DNA from: Podarcis pityusensis
Taxonomy: Eukaryota
DNA length: 64,000 nt
NCBI GenBank assembly: GCA_964106645.2
Contig: OZ067054.1
Direction: 5' to 3' (one strand)
This document shows positions 49,931 to 62,820 of this stretch, in pieces (position 1 is the stretch's first letter; each line of letters begins with the position of its first letter). The notes under the pieces are model-generated. The model saw nothing but the letters and a program-made list of their open reading frames with translations, was not told the DNA's origin and did not search any database. The position numbers were made by a program, and so were the translations under genes.

Positions 49931-50078
49931 ATGAGCGAGTCGCGCCGCCGGGCGGCGGGGAAGGAGCGCGGGGCCGCCTCCGCCTCGCCGCCGCTCGAGG
50001 GTCCCGCGAAGAAGCGGAGAGGCAAGGGCAGAGGGGGCGCCGGCCGGAGAGGCGCCGCGCGCGAGGAAAGCGGGCCAG
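49931..50078 (+). CDS. NRG2: First coding exon (49 codons + 1 nt) of a probable neuregulin-2 short/type-I-like isoform, MSESRRRAAGKERGAASASPPLEGPAKKRRGKGRGGAGRRGAAREESGP
   Basis: ATG with a purine at -3 (gacATGa) inside a CpG island. Donor CAG|GTACGT at 50078/50079 is phase 1, leaving a G that fits the Ala opening the NRG Ig exon. The start MSESRRR followed by a G/R/K-rich tract matches the mammalian NRG2 alternative N-terminus as I recall it (MSESRRRGRGRGKK...). Downstream exons are not in the window. Confidence 0.72.
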
Positions 50079-53000
50079 GTACGTCTTCCATGGAGGCGAG
50101 AGAAGGAGAGGTGAAAGGAGGCTGGGATTGAGCACACAGGTGGCGGCGAGGGGTAGCTGCTCCGTCCCGGGGGGGGGGTGCTCTGAGGGCTGAACCACAC
50201 GTTAACTTTCTATCTCTCCCCCCGGTCCCCCCAAAAAACTTTTCTCTTTCCTACTCCACAAGCCCCTCTGGGGGGTAGGAGGCGAGAGAGCTTCTGCTCC
50301 CAACTTTTGGGGGAACCCAGTGCTCCCCCCTCCCGTGAGCGTCCCACACTCTCCTTCGGCCTATCCCTTTCTACCAACATTGCTGGGTCTGTGGAGATAA
50401 TCGGTTCCTCAAGTCATAGTCCGCCTGCAGCTGCGCGCCTAAGTCAGGTGCCCGACCAGGTGGCGAAGGAAACCAGGCGCGCGAGGTTATCCTCGCTACT
50501 TGGCAGGACAAACGCAGGCGAGTAGCTCTAGGGAGCTGCCGCACGGATCCCATAGGAAGGGGTCGGCTGTGATAAGGGGCGATGTGTATTTACCCTTTGA
50601 TACGACTCCTTTTCCTCTTGGATTGAGGGATCATGTCTGAACAAGTCCGGTTCTCTTCTCCCCACCCCCACAGCCTAGCCTTCCTGCGTACCTTTTAAGC
50701 CACCAGCCCTAAAGTAACTCGCTAGGGAGCAAGCCACGTTGCACCCAGCAGAACTTTTGATTACGCATCCTAAGGATTGCGCCACACAGGGACAAGGAGC
50801 CAGGGAACGTATTCTTACCCTTCAGCATCTTTCAGGTATCTGGTGCATAACACCTGGTACAGTTACCTCACCTGGATGCATTGCCATCATCCCATAATGT
50901 GCTCTAGCCTCCCTTCTGCATTCACAAAGTGATAAAAGTATGAACTGATCACATTTGCTACCTGCCCTTTCCCTTTATGAGCTCAGGGCAGCGTGTTTGA
51001 GATTATCTCATTTTGTTCCTTTAGCCCCATGAGGAAGATGGTGACTTGGACAGGCTTACCTGTGTGGCATAACTCAATGTGGGATCTGCCTAAATCATAC
51101 TCGGAGGAGACCCTTTGAAATTAATGGACTAACAAGTCCAGTTACTTCGTTTGATTAGGTCATGACTCTTTTAGGTCCATTGATTTCAGCTGGTCTACTC
51201 TGAGTATGACCTAGCATGATCCCATCTTTAAGGATTTTGACTCAGGCCTTCCATAGTCAACAGCTTCTACTATGCCACTCTTGACTTTTCTCCAGTTTTT
51301 ATATATTTCTCTGGATGAAGTAGGAAGAGTATCTGATTACGCATGCAGAGCCACAGGTAGCAGCTCCAATTTAATTAGCACAGAGTTACAGAAAGGTGTG
51401 GATTGTGTGCATGTGGTGTGTTACTCCAGCTGCTGAGGGCACAAAGTGGACATTGCCATATCGATGCATGCTTTTGGTTAAAGTTTGGACTCTAATAACT
51501 GGATAAATGTGGAACAAGAGGAGACTGATCATTCTTAAGAACTGATGAATTAAAAACCACCAACACTGCCTCTCTTATACCCATTATATCCATTAATACT
51601 TTGCTAGTGGCATATAAATTTTGCATTAAAAACTGGGCTAGAGCACTGCAAATGCTACACTGTTGGGACTCTTCCAGAAATAGTTCTAGCTGCACAACAC
51701 CTGTAATGTGCTACTGAAAACACTGGTGAGATTCAGCAGTCTTTTATTCAAGAAAATACATGGTTTTGTGAGACTATAGGATCTCACAAGTCAACTGACA
51801 CCATAGTAGACAATAACGCTGGGGAGGAAACCGGCTGAAACATTTACTTGAAAGTTAGTCCCATTAATTTCAATGCTTTTACTTCAGACAAGTGTGTTTA
51901 GGATTGCAGCCAAAGTGTATTTCATCATTTCCAGTGAGATACAAAATCAGTAAAGTGATCCTCAATTGGATTGACTTCTGTGTGACTTTAAACCTTGAAA
52001 AGTCATAACTCCAACATAATTTTGCAGCATGCTCCCTTGAGTTCAGTGAGACCCCTCCCAGGATTGTAGCATTAGTCTGATAGAGAGAGCTGATGGGGTA
52101 GTTAAGCATGTGAGCGGGGAAGTCCTTGTTTGAAATCTCACCTCAAACTCCTGGTAGCCTTGGAGACACAATATTCTCTCAGCCTCAGCCCTTCATTTAC
52201 AGTATGGAGATAATACGGACCTATCATGCAGGACTGAAATGATTTAAGTTAAGCACTTTGAACGTTTGAAATGTGGCATATAAATGTGAAATACCATTTT
52301 TATATTTTGTGTATTGTATTTCCTGAGGCCAAAAACAGCACTTGCCCTTTCATTGGGTTTATTCTTAATTTTGTCAGGTTCACAGATGTGGATTCCAAAA
52401 TATGTTAACTTAAGGAAGTTCATCTGACCCCTCCTTCACCCTCCAGTCCCCTAAAAAGTCCCTTTGTAAGGGGGGGGGGCTCCCAGAGCAATGCAGGAAG
52501 AGGAACGTGCTGGGTGGCAGGAAGAGATGGGAACTTTCCATCCACGAGCTTCTTAGGAGCTATGCCACAGTGTGACTTAAAATCTTATTGTGTGACAGCC
52601 CAGTCCTGTGAACATTTACTCAAAAATAAGGCAAACTCTGCTCAGGGTAGGTAAGCAGGGTTTCTGTCGGCAGACAATGGAGTTTAGAAGTCACACGATG
52701 TCAATCTCCAACGTACTGGAAGTTTGATAGGAACCGTATCACTGAAAAACTGTTTAATTGTTGTGGTCCAAAGCTTTATAACTTACAAGGCTGGGGAAAC
52801 CTAATGATAAAAAGTAAAGCTGCAAAAGGAGCTGCCTTTTAATTTAGAAATTCATAGATCTGCTCACAAATCCAAGCCCCTTTTTAGGCATTCAACTTAT
52901 GGTTAACACCAACGCACAAACAGAGAGTCAGGTTGTACTGAGTAGCCCCTGCCACTGGTGTATGTGTAATAGGCTGAACATCTGGAATGAGATACTTTGG

Positions 53001-53093
53001 TGTCTACAGACTGCCATGTGATCTGGAATCCCAATTGCTTAGGTTCCAGATTGTATAGAAGCTTGTTTAGGAGAAAGCTACTACTCACTTCAA

Positions 53094-53477
53094 GGGACGC
53101 AGGTGGCACTGTAAGTTAAACCACAGAGCCAAGGACTTGCTGATCAGAAGGTCGGCGGTTCGAATCCCCGCGACGGGGTGAGCTCCCATTGCTTGGTCCC
53201 TGCTCCTGTAAACCTAGCAGTTCAAAAGCATGTCAAAGTGCAAGTAGATAAATAGGTACCGCTCCGGCAGGAAGGTACCGCTACGGCGGGAAGGCGTTTC
53301 CGTGCGCTGCTCTGGTTCGCCAGAAGCGGCTTAGTCATGCTGGCCACACGACCCGGAAGCTGTACACCGGCTCCCTCGGCCAATAAAGCGAGATGAGCGC
53401 TGCAACCCCAAAGTCGGTCACGACTGGACCTAATGGTTGGGGGCAACCATTTACCTTTACCTTTACTACTTTACCTT
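53094..53477 (+). mobile_element. Sauria/Squam1 SINE with internal tandem duplication
   Basis: TSD tactactcacttca at 53079-53092 and 53478-53491; ggtaccgct..ggc.ggaagg duplicated. Confidence 0.92.
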
Positions 53478-54053
53478 TACTACTCACTTCAGTCACTTGG
53501 ACACAGAAACACCCAGAGGAGGGTCTGAGGTAGGGTGGTCCAATATGTGGCCTTTTTTTTTTTTTTAGGCAGCCCTTGGCAACATTTGTCAACCCCCTCC
53601 CAGCCCTTGTGCTGCCTTCTCAAAGCCAGGTGAGCAAGGCACTAGGCTTGGGGAAAGAGGCATGTGGACTCCTTAAAGCCTAGTTAGCATTTTCCTAGCT
53701 TTGGAAGGAGGCAGAAGCGCTCTAGGCCCTTGCAAGGAGCCTTGCACTCCTTCCTCAAGTCTAGCGCCTTGCTTTGGGAAGGAGGTGAAAGGGCTGGGGG
53801 GGAGTCCAATTTTGGCCTCCCCCCCCTCCCCCCAGCGATACAAGGCAGTGTGCAGCTGGTGGGTTCCGTGTCAAAGTACTCTTGCAGCCCACTTGATATG
53901 AAAACTTGGACCACTCTGGTCTAAGCAGTGCAACCCTACTTCTTGCTTATGTATTGGTGTTAACCTTTAGTAGCATGGCCAGGTAGGTTCATGTCTCCAG
54001 CACTCATCACTGAACAACTTTGAACTGGCAGTTTCTTGTCAAATAATGAAGGG

Positions 54054-54123
54054 GATATATAGATATAGATATAGAGATAGAGATAGAGATATATAGATAG
54101 GTATAGATAGATATAGATAGATG
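54054..54123. repeat. (ATATAG/ATAG)n compound microsatellite
   Basis: Directly visible. Confidence 0.9.
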
Positions 54124-56723
54124 GCTTTCGTTGTGCTCTGTTTAATGTAAATCCTAAATTGGTCGACCAGTGCATTTAGAGGTGTTTTGAGACAGACTCC
54201 CAGTAGGACCAAGCTGTTTATATTAATGCCAGTAAGTATATGTAAATATTATGCCAATAGATGGTCACTATAGAGGACTTTGGGGAACACTTCTAGATAA
54301 GGAGCACTTTTTAATGGAGTTTTCTGTTTAGGAACAGCTTTGCAAGATAATGTTGTAAAATACTGCCCTCCCCTGTTGTTTTCTCAAACTGTGTTAATGT
54401 AATAATGCCAGCATTGCAAAAGCCAATATGCCATTGTACTAGGTGGTAAGCAAATCCATGGGGACAAGTAGATTTGATCCTGAACCTAATATACACCTAT
54501 AATCTTGTTTGTTTTGAGGAAACAGTATGTTACTAAATACTTCTTTATATTAAACAGAGGCGGGAGAGATGTCACTCTTTTGCCTTAAGCAGCTTTTAAA
54601 TTGTAAGCTGAAAATATTTTCAGATAGTATTTTTTATTCTTCTTCTTAGGTTTCATGATATCATTTTCAGGTGACGGCAACAGATACTGCTGCTAAGTAA
54701 TTAAATCTATGGAAATAAAGTTCTGAAATAAGCAAGCTTATTTAGAACAGCAGTTTATATATACTCTGTGTTTTTAAGAAGTGCAAGGCAATGGAGAATT
54801 AACCATTAAGAAAATAGAGTGGGTTATTAGATAGGATACAGTATTGTATATATGGAAGGAGGGACCATTATACAAGGAATGCAACTACTTATCTTCAGAA
54901 GGTTGAAAATCACAGTGTAAAAACCTTTAAAACTAAAAAAAGATACGCAATTAAGATTAATCAGACAATAGAAAAATTCAGCGATTTTATCAATCTGAAA
55001 AAAGTTAATAACTCAGATTTAAGCCTCCGTTCTAAATCCATCATTTGGAAGTAAGTCCTGATTTTAGTGTTGGTTTGAGGTCAATAGCGTGCAATAAACA
55101 AATGAGGCAGTTCTAAACCCTTGCTGTTTCTGCAAAAGAACAACAAACAAGCTGTAAATTCTTGACAATGCTTATAAAACCTTTGTTAGCCACAGATAAA
55201 CAGTTCAAGTTAGATACGTTGAAGCTAGAAGGCAGTGCAATAGTTTGAGAATAGGATAATTTGTATTGGGACATCACTCCAAATTGATCTGAATGCTAAT
55301 GTTACCCAAGAAGATGATCTATTTTAAATTGATAGTTCTGAAGGCAGGTGGATGTCAGCTTGTAGTTATTCATCTTTGGACATGACATGGTATGCTCAGA
55401 TGGTTTGGTGCATGCAACCTTAGCCATAAAGTGGTCCTAGAACATTATCAGATAATGTTTTGAAAGGTTTGTTGAGTGTTCAAGTAGGAAGGAGACTTGT
55501 CTCTCTTTTTACAGTAATTTTGATTGATCTACAGCTACAATATTTCTAAACAATGTACATAGGCTTTACAGATGTACCTAACCACAGATGCTAGCGTTGG
55601 TACACACACATTTTCATTTATATAAATAAGGGAGCATTATAAGTTCATGTAAGCAAAAGAGACTAACAAACTCATCTAGTTATCCCTGAATACAGCTGTG
55701 CTTTTGCTGTCTTCCAGAACTGAGTAGGGCATCTCATATGTACATAGTTCACAGGATCTCACCCATTCAAAATACAAAAGAATTAAATACTTTTTCTAAG
55801 CAACTGAAAGCTAATGACTTGTGCCAAGTTGCATCATTTGCTCAGTTTTATGTACTAGCATGGTCAAGTGTACTCAAACGCTAAACTTAGTATTAAAAAA
55901 AAACACCAAAAGCCTATGCCTGTTTTAACTATAAACATATTTCTTTCCTTTTGAGGGAGAGGGAAAGATTAAGTATCATTAAATATGACACTCTAACGGC
56001 ACTGCCTGATATTCCAATAAAACTGAAGAGGGGAAATCTGACATAGCAGGTGAAAGAGCAGACTGCTGCAGGGGCCTAGTATGAAAGAATACTTTGAAAA
56101 CATTGCATTTGAAGTTGTATACCTGTTGTATCCATCTGGGCATATAATGTGTTTGATAGATGCTGTAATCCAGACAATCCATTTATGCATGCACAAAACA
56201 CTCTGCACGTGCATAAGAATATTTTTCTTCCTTTTTTGACCCAAGATCCTCACCTCCCACTCATGTAAATGTTACAAGGACTTCACAGTACTACTAAATG
56301 GGAGGGGATATGTTCTATCAGAAAAAAAGGGAACTTGCTTCACACATGGCCTTTCTTGGGCCACAGCCATTCCTAGTTAGCATGCAAGTTCTCTTTTCTT
56401 TTAGCTTGTCCTGTTCGTCTGTGCTTAGAGGATTTCCTTAAAATTGTAGCCATCAGCTTCTGTATTCCTCTTGCCAGTTGTTTCCATGAGATTCCTGGTT
56501 CTCTCCCCAAGATGAAATGTAATAGTTGTGGGGAGGTGACACACCTTTGATTCTGCCAAGAGTTACAGGAATTACTGAAAACACATATATCCCAGGATAT
56601 TCAGGTAAGCAGAGATTTCATTTGTCATCTCAAATTCTTAAATCTCTTCAGGCATTCTGGAAATATATCATGTGAGAGAGGCTGTCGGAATGTGTGTGCT
56701 AGGAGCATTGCTCTCTCCTATCT

Positions 56724-56997
56724 GGGAGCCAGTGCGGTATAGTGGTTAAGAGCGGTGGACTCGTAATCTGGTGAACCGGGTTCGCTTCCCCGCTCCTCCA
56801 CATGCAGCTGCTGGGTGACCTTGGGCTAGTCACACTTCTCTGAAGTCTCAGCCTCACTCACCTCACAGAATGTTTGTTATGGGGGAGGAGGGGAAAGGAG
56901 ACTGTTAGCTGCTTTGAGACTCCTTAAGGGGAGCGAAAGGTGGGATATCAAGTCCAAACTCCTCCTCTTCCTCCTCTTCTTCTTCTTCTTCTTCTAC
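56724..56997 (+). mobile_element. tRNA-derived SINE (Squam3-like)
   Basis: Same family; (CTT)n tail. Confidence 0.82.
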
Positions 56998-57258
56998 TAC
57001 TAACAACACTCTCTATGAGTTGGAAGATGACCGTATGAAATGGGAAGCCCACTTCTGTTTGTGTAAGGCTCCCCATGTGATGTTCAACTCTGGATTTTCT
57101 ACAGTTCTGCACCATGTGGGGAGCTGCCATAAATACAGGAGGATTCTTGCTTGCACTGGCACAAGGGTGGAGCCAGCACACTCATCTCCTTGAGCTCCCT
57201 TCATGAGCTATGTTTTTGAATGCCTGAATAGACCTTGAGCATTGTGTGTTTCTATTTG

Positions 57259-57372
57259 TAGGGTTGTCATATGTCCGGAATATTCCAGACACAGCCGCCG
57301 GTATTTGGCCCTTGTAAAAAGCTCGACAACTTTTGTGTCCGGGTTTTCCCTTTTTGAAATACGGCGACCCTA
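57259..57372. mobile_element. Small hAT MITE
   Basis: TIR tagggttgtcatat / atacggcgacccta; flanking ctatttg repeat. Confidence 0.65.
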
Positions 57373-59073
57373 CTATTTGTGCCTTTATTTGTTGTATTTC
57401 AAGTTATTTCAGTGACACAGATATAAGGGGTGGGATTCAACTGGGTTGTTGCATGCGTGGAACAAGGTCCATTAGATTCAGTGCCCCTCGCACCTCACCC
57501 TTTCAAACTCCTGAGACCCCTTTATTTTGTGCTTTGGGGAAAACCCCACAACAGGCTTAGGGAGCATGTGTGGAGTGGAGAAAGGGGAAGGTTTCATTGC
57601 AAAAGAGGACCTTGTTCCATGTATGCATGCTCCACTTGTCCACCTAAGTTCTTTAAACTCATTTCTTAAAAATACAGTTTTCTTTAGACAATTGGGAAAA
57701 AGTCACTTTAAAAATTGCAGATTATACATAGATTTTCTTACTCTGTTCCATTTTGAGATCCTTTTGGAATATGGATTAATAAAGGCATTCAGTTATTTAT
57801 TGGTGGCTTCCTAACTATCATGCAGACACTCCCAAGTAGTAAAATGTGCGTTGAAGAAGACTTGAGTTCCACACAGCTCTCTCTACAGCTGACTGAGCAG
57901 AGAAACTAGTCATGTGAATCCATCCATAAAATGTCTATAAAAAATTAACTTATGAATCAAAGGTGATGGTTAATAAAACCATTTTTGTAGGCCTTGGAAT
58001 TGTTTGGTCATTTTACGTAACGGGTACTAGGTAAGGGGCACTATCTCAGGTTCAGTGGAGCTTGAGTTTCATTGAAATCAGTGACACATGACATAATGCC
58101 GTACATATGTCACTGTTTGAGAAAGCTTGCACTTAACTTTTCCTTCATCTTCATATATGAGATTATATGATAGTATAGGGCACATTCCAAATATTTGATG
58201 TAATATTTCTAGGACCATTTGCAAAAGCAGAGATATTTAGTGTAGTCGTCAGCAGTCACCACTTCCAGACTGAAGTTTTCTTCTTTCCTCCCCTGCTAAG
58301 CTACTCAGTTAGGGAGTGGTGGCACGTTGGAAGTGATTCTGGGTTACAGCAGTTCCTTTCTGTAGCTTGATACCTTATGGAAGGGGAGTTCTCCATTGTT
58401 CCACCTGTTCATTCAGCACAGTGCAAGCAGTAGATAGTCTGTGTGCATCTTCTGTTGTAGTACTAACAATTTAGGAAGAATGTAAAACCATGAAGACACC
58501 CCATTAACTTTCTTATTCCCTAGAAGTCCTTTGTGGGCCTTAACACATATTGTGTTAGTTTCCCCCCCTTTCTTTTTTGTTGACTTCTTCCAGACAATGG
58601 ATGACCCACCTAGCTACTTACTCGAAAAAGTTTCAAACCTACCCATCCCCTCTAAGAGGTTCAAGATAAGACCTTATGCTCTAATCAAGCTGGATATCAA
58701 TTTTGTCCACCATTACTATAGACCCACATATTTTCTGTGACTCTTTCTATATTGAAGCAAATGTTCATGTTCTCTTAGGCATCTACCTGTTTGTATGCAA
58801 GAGAGAGGAGACATAGTAATCAAATGATGCTAATTGTGGCAGCGTATCAGCAATACCTCTTAAGGACTAAGCAGGATGGTAGCGTATGGATTTGTATGCA
58901 GACCTGCAGTTGATACAATTTTTAGTGGAAAGGATGCATACATATATTTGATTCATGGCTAAAACTGTTCATTGTAGCAGGTCAATAAAAGACTTCGGTT
59001 CTGTGTTTAGTATTTTACTCCTGTTTGCTATAGCAATCTTGAATTAAACATTAGGTTACACAACATTGTTATA

Positions 59074-59300
59074 CAGTGGTACCTCGGGTTAAGAACTTAA
59101 TTCGTTCTGGAGGTGTGTTCTTAACCCGAAACTGTTCTTAACCTGAGGTACCACTTTAGCTAATGGGGCCTCCCCGCTGCCGCCATGCCGCTGGTGCGTG
59201 ATTTCTGTTCTCATCCTGAAGCAAAGTTATTAACCCAAGGTACTATTTCCGGGTTAGCAGAGTCTGTAACCTGAAGCGTCTGTAACCCAAGGTACCACTG
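59074..59300 (-). mobile_element. Tc1/mariner MITE, same family, reversed
   Basis: TIRs and TA flanks. Confidence 0.9.
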
Positions 59301-60743
59301 TATTAGGTGTGATGGCATAAGATACAACTCTGACTTTGTGAGGCAACAGCTCCTTTCTTACAGAAAATATGCATGCATGGTCAACAGTAGTCCAAAGGGG
59401 GAGAAAAACCAACTTCTAAGCACTTTTCTGAATTGGTAGTAGTACGTACACTGAAATAAATGTCAGACTTTAATGTGAGCAAATGTAGAAGCAGGGTTTG
59501 TTGCTGTGTTTTATTTGTTGCTAATACTTCTCTTGCCCTCAAATGTTCTTGAACAAATGGATTTAGCTTGGCTTGTTCTTAAATCCGGAAAAAATTGTGT
59601 CTCCATTCAATGGGACATATTAACACTTGTAAGTACAGGTGGCGGAAAAACTGAGAGGCTTGGAACTGCAAATCAGTTGACTCCTTCTCTCCAAATGATA
59701 TCATCAAACTGTTATTCTAACCAAGTTTGTAAATAAGCTCAATAGTTTTGCTGGGTATCTTTGAACTTTAGCAGAGTGCCCAGTATAGGCAGTTAAGATT
59801 CACAATGACTGGTTCTGGAACTGTATATGCTAGATTTCTGTAGGTGCAGAATTGCATATATGCTGCAGTTCTGTACGTGTATATCTCACAACAAGACCCT
59901 TTGAATTCTGAGCAGATACGTACAGGATTACACTGTAACGGTTTCAAATTTTTAGCCTCAAGGAGAGGGTATACCAAATCATTTGCTAAGAAAAAGCAGC
60001 CTGTTGAATTGACAAATACACTTAAGCCTATAAACATAATTCAGTGTTTTCTACTTGTGCCACAAATAAAACTTAGTAAAGAGGTTCTTATAATACGCAA
60101 AAGTTGATGTAATTTACTCCAGATAGTAGTAAATCTGATCTAAATATACAGGTTGTGGGGAGAGAGTAGAATCCCGGGAGGTAGACAATACTTTATATAG
60201 ACTTTATGGCAAATGCTTGCAACCAAATCAGCTCCATGTGTACTGATTTCTACTTTGCATTCAGTCTCTGTGTTGGACAAATTTGTCTCCATGCTTCATG
60301 CTGATACCAGGCTCATACAGCAAACCATAGAGTGCAAATCACAGGTGTATGGTGGTCTTAGAAGCCGCAGTTCCAATAGTATTTATCACTTTTATTCATG
60401 TAGAAGTATTTAAGCTCAATGCAAATTACAAGTAAATTTGTTCATAGTAGGAACCCAACTGTTTATCAGACTTAGACTGGACAGAACACAGTTTTTCCTT
60501 CTGTCTGGTATAAGTCCAAGGTAACTCCAGTGATTCATCATATGCATGTGGTTTGCATTTCCTTGAAACCAGTGAATACTCCTTGACCACCAAATGTGTT
60601 ATAATATTTCCATTATAAATACAGTTCAGGGGGGATTATGAAGTTAGAGGGTTTAGAAAAAAGGGGAAAGGATTGTAAAATGACAAGAGCATATCTGGAA
60701 TCATAAGTTGAGGTTGTAGGAGTGCCAGCAACTAATCACCAAG

Positions 60744-61243
60744 TAGAATCATAGAATCATAGAATTATAGAGTTGGAAGAGACCACAAGGGCCATCGAGT
60801 CCAACCCCCTGCCAAGCAGGAAACACCATCAGAGCACTCCTGACATATGGTTGTCAAGCCTCTGCTTAAAGACCTCCAAAGAAGGAGACTCCACCACACT
60901 CCTTGGCAGCAAATTCCACTGTCGAACAGCTCTTACTGTCAGGAAGTTCTTCCTAATGTTTAGGTGGAATCTTCTTTCTTGTAGTTTGGATCCATTGCTC
61001 CATGTCCGCTTCTCTGGAGCAGCAGAAAACAACCTTTCTCCCTCCTCTATGTGACATCCTTTTATATATTTGAACATGGCTATCATATCACCCCTTAACC
61101 TCCTCTTCTCCAGGCTAAACATGCCCAGCTTCCTTAGCCGTTCCTCATAAGGCATCGTTTCCAGGCCTTTGACCATTTTGGTTGCCCTCCTCTGGACACG
61201 TTCCAGTTTGTCAGTGTCCTTCTTGAACTGTGGTGCCCAGAAC
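60744..61243 (-). mobile_element. CR1 LINE 3' end (young)
   Basis: WAPQFKKDTDKLERVQRRATKMVKGLE..YEERL.. open frame; (ATTCTATG)n tail. Confidence 0.95.
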
Positions 61244-61505
61244 ATCCTTGTGTCTATCAGCATAAGACAGAACATAAGTGCATTTTGAACAATTCCTCTC
61301 CAGGGTATGACTATGCAGTCAAGTGCGCTTTGTCAAATCTCTACTCTACATACCTGCCCACTTGTGAGATCGCAATAAGTTTACTTCACTATTAGTCTGA
61401 ATGAGCCAGGTTCTCAGTATAATTGTATTATTTATATGATGAACTTAGGATTAATTTAGGAGTGGCTGGGGAAAGCCAGCTAGATGGGCGGGGTACAAAT
61501 AATAA

Positions 61506-61536
<31 letters not shown>

Positions 61537-62324
61537 GCCACTGTGCCTCCTGAATATTCAAATATGAGGGAAAGCTTAAGGGAGTCTGAAGATGGCTGGA
61601 GGGGGTGGGGTGGACTAAAAAATGAATGGTTGTCAAAAATGGATATATGGAAAGTAATAAAATATACTGTGTGTGGCCATGGAAGATGGACCTATAGATA
61701 ATTGATAGAAGCTAGGTGGGTGAAAGATTGAATTGTGAGCATCACCACAGCCATCAACAAAAACTGTTTGCTGACTCCTTAAGAGATGCATTAGACATTG
61801 GGAAATCTAACTGAATTGTCACTGGCTTATGTACTCAAATCCGCTCAGGCAGTTTCCTGTAACTAAATCAGTCAACTAATGATAAGCAACTGCTGGGTCT
61901 TCTTTAAATGTTAGAAGAAAGATGTGTCATGTCAGATAATTGCTGAAGAGGCCAACTTACATGACCTGGTAAAGGTATGTCTAATGATAACCTCTTTTTG
62001 ATATTTCTGTTAATATATTACATCAAACTTTGAAACTCAGTTTTAAATCCCTTTATATCTGAGTTTGGAGTGGGGGGGTTCATTTTACTTGAGCCGAGGG
62101 CATTCCTGAGATGGAAAAGTAATGCACACTCCCATATTATAAAGCAATAGATAGTGGAACTGGCAACACTGCTTTTGTCTCCAGTCCTATATGAAGCAAG
62201 GTACCCAAAGCCGTTCTTATTTATTATGGAAGTGCTTTCTAGAATGGCACTGTCATGGAGTATTGGAACATGGAAGGCTGCATTCTGGCCAAATTACCAA
62301 CTAGAATGAAGCATCAGTGGTATT

Positions 62325-62820
62325 CTAGCTGCCTATACATTTCTAAGCCAAATTCAGAATTCTGGTTTTAATGTACAGGACCTTGTATGCCTCAGGGCCC
62401 AAATCCTGCACAGAACACCTCTCCTAACATGAACCTATCCACACTGTGTTCATCACCTGAGGCCCTTCTCCATGTGCTCCTTTTTTGAGACATCTAAATG
62501 GTGGTAACATGGGAGAGTGCTTTTTCAATTGTGCCCCCCTCCCCCCAAGCTATGGAATGCTCTTCCTAGTAAGCCATCTGGCACTGACTAACGTATTTTC
62601 AGTTCCACGTTAATACACTCTTTCCAGGCATTTGGTGGATTGTGATAAGTTACCCTACGGTTGACATTTTCAATCTGGTGGTGGTGGTGTGGTTCTTGAG
62701 GTTGTTGTTTTGTTAGTGTATTGGTTGCTATGTGTTTTAACACTGTTTTTATTGTTTCTGAGTCATTTAGCCTTTTTTTTTTAATTAGGCGACTAATGCA
62801 ACAAATAAATCAAATTAATA
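62325..62820 (+). mobile_element. Old L2 fragment; a similar one at ~45400-45800
   Basis: Degenerate LP..F.AKFRILVLMY.. and AFS.V.P.LWN.LP motifs. Confidence 0.55.

Larger units (their letters stand above)
49250..50560. promoter_or_regulatory. CpG island / internal promoter
   Basis: Sharp rise in GC and CpG density against an AT-rich background. GC boxes (ccccgcccgcccgccc ~49409-49424; ggggcggg ~49523). (GGC/AGC)n tract just before the ATG. Contains the first exon and its splice donor. Confidence 0.9.

Noticed and set aside
49153-50200. Long overlapping ORFs (146-295 aa) on both strands
   Set aside because: Artefact of stop-codon scarcity in the CpG island; low-complexity products. Only the 49931 frame has a good ATG, a donor and a recognisable peptide.
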